A stretch of 64,000 nt of DNA from contig NW_024056036.1 in the NCBI RefSeq assembly GCF_902713615.1, forward strand, positions 310,001 to 374,000, in the 5' to 3' direction. The stretch is from Scyliorhinus canicula (taxonomy: Eukaryota). This document shows, piece by piece, positions 62,190-64,000 of the stretch. Made by a program: the position numbers and the translations under genes. Under the pieces are notes generated by a model that saw only the letters and a list, made by a program, of their open reading frames with translations, did not search any database and was not told the origin of the DNA. The stretch's first letter is position 1. Each line of letters starts with the position of its first letter.

Positions 62190-64000
62190 CAGAGAGCTGG
62201 GGAAAACTGCGGGGAGCCAGGGTAAAGGTAGAGAGCTGGGGGAAAGCACAGGGAGCCTGGGAAAGGGCAGAGAGCTGGGGGAAAGCACAGGGAGACTGGG
62301 AAAAGGTAGAGAGCTGGGGAAAAGCACAGGGAGCCTGGGAAAAGGTAGAAAATTGGGGAAAAGCACAGGAAGCCTGGGAAATGACAGAGAGCTGGGGAAA
62401 AGCACAGGGATCCTGGGGAAAGGTAGAGAGCTGGGGGGAAGTGCGGGGAGCCTGGGAAACGTTAGAGAGCTGGGGAAAAGCACAGGGAGCCTGGGAAAAG
62501 GTTGAGAGTTGGGGAAAAGCACAGGGAGACTGGGAAAAGGTTGAGAGTTGGGGAAAAGCACAGGGAGCATGGGAAATGTTTGAGAACTGAAGGAAAGCAA
62601 AAGGAGTCCGGAAAAGGCAGGAAGCGGGGGTGGGAAATTACAGGGATCCTGGGAAATGTTAGAGAGGTGGGGGAAAGCACAGTGTCTGGGAAAAGGTAGA
62701 GAGCTGGGGAAAAGCACAGGAAGACTGGGAAAGGGCAGAGAGTTGGGGGAAAGCACAGGGATCCTGGGAAACGTTAGAGAGCTGGGGGAAAGCACAGTGC
62801 CTGGGAAAAGGTAGAGAGCTGGGGAAAACTGCGGGGAGCCAGGGGAAAGGTAGAGAGCTTGGGGAAAGCACAGGGAGCCTGGGAAAGGGCAGAGACCTGG
62901 GGAAAAGCACAGGGAGACTGGGAAAAGGCAGAGAGCCGAGGAAAGTGCGGGGGCCTAGGAAAAGGTAGAGAGCTGGGGAAAAGCACATGGAGACTGGGAA
63001 AAGGCAGAGAGCCGGGGGAAAGCACAGGGAGGCTGGGAAAAGGCAGGAAGCCGGGGAGAAAGCATAGGTAGGCTGGGAAAAGGCAGAGAGCCGGGGGAAA
63101 ACACCAGGAGCCTGGGAAATGGCAGAGAGCTGGGGAATAGGACAGAGAGCCTGGGAAAAGTTTGAGAGTTGGATGAAAGCAAAAGAATTCCGGAAAAGGC
63201 AGGAAGCGGGGCGAAAGCACAGAGCGCCTGGGAAAAGGTAGTGAGCTTGGGGAAAAGCGCTGGGAGCCTGGGAAACGGTAGTGAACTTGGGAAAAGTGCA
63301 GGAAGCCGTGGAAAAGGTAGACAGCTTGGGGAAAGCACAGGGAGCCTGGGAAAAGGTAGAAAATTGGGGAAAAGCACAAGAAGCGTGGGAAAAGGTAGAG
63401 AGCTGGGGAAAGGCACAAGGATCCTGGGAAAAGGCAGAGAGCCGGGGGAAAGCACAGGGAGACTGGGAAAAGGTAGAGAAGTGGGGAAAAGTGCAGGGAG
63501 CCTGGGAAAAGGTAGCGAGCTTGGGGAAAAGCGCAGGGAGCCTGGGAATGGTAGAGAAGTGGGGAAAAGTGCAGGGAGCCTGGGAAACGGTAGAGATGGG
63601 GAAGGGGGTGGGGGGCGGGACGGGGAAGCGCAGGGAGCCTGGGAAAAGGTAGGGAGCTGGGAAAAGGCACAAGGATCCTGGGAAAAGGAAGAGAGTTGGG
63701 GGAAAGCACAGGGAGCCTGGGAAAAGGCAGAGAGCCGGGGGAAAGCACAGGGAGACTGTGAAAGGGAAGAGAGCTGGGGGAAAGCATAGGGAGACTGGGG
63801 AAAGGTAGAGAAGTGGGGAAAAGCACAGGGAGCCTGGGCAAAGGCCGAGAGCTGGGGAAAAGTGCAGGGAGCCTGGGAAAAGGTAGAGACGGTTGGGGGG
63901 GGGGGGGGGGGGGAGCGCAGGGAGCCTGGGAAAGAACAGAGAGTTGGGGGAAAGCACAGGAAGCTTGGGAAAAGGTAGAGAGCTGGGGAAAGGCACAAGG
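62190..64000 (+). repeat. G-rich 39-bp minisatellite agagagctgggggaaagcacagggagcctgggaaaaggt (runs off the window end)
   Basis: 39-nt period, seen as the 13-aa repeat ESWGKAQGAWEKV in the ORF track; about 46 unit-lengths with occasional variant blocks. Confidence 0.96.

Noticed and set aside
61937-63998. Long ORFs of 200-445 aa on both strands
   Set aside because: They are translations of the 39-bp minisatellite (period divisible by 3, few stops); no evidence of a protein.
51096-64000. CRISPR-like arrays
   Set aside because: The repeats are contiguous tandem units with no unique spacers, in a vertebrate genome.

Overview
Eukaryotic, repeat-dense DNA from a cartilaginous fish (shark; inferred from the Ig gene type and the SINE/LINE families). 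The only host gene is a germline, unrearranged shark-type immunoglobulin heavy-chain cluster on the + strand at 48.6-50.4 kb: leader, VH (IgM-like), D1, D2 and JH with a complete 23/12-22/12-12/23 RSS set and open reading frames. No constant-region exon is visible in the 13.6 kb after JH. That downstream stretch holds an 11-bp TGCA array, a young sense-strand L1 with poly(A), assembly gaps, a C-rich 38-bp array and a G-rich 39-bp array built around GAGCTGGGG, which resembles a class-switch region and is the most intriguing lead. Positions 1-22981 are a >=11.4-kb-per-arm inverted duplication centred on a 100-N gap (possibly an assembly artefact). 24-37.5 kb is an old tandem duplication whose copies differ by SINE, solo-LTR, CR1 and Penelope insertions. 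The rest is CR1/L2/RTE LINE relics, tRNA-derived SINEs and inverted Penelope-like elements carrying minimal hammerhead ribozyme motifs. Most ORFs in the supplied track are repeat-derived or spurious.
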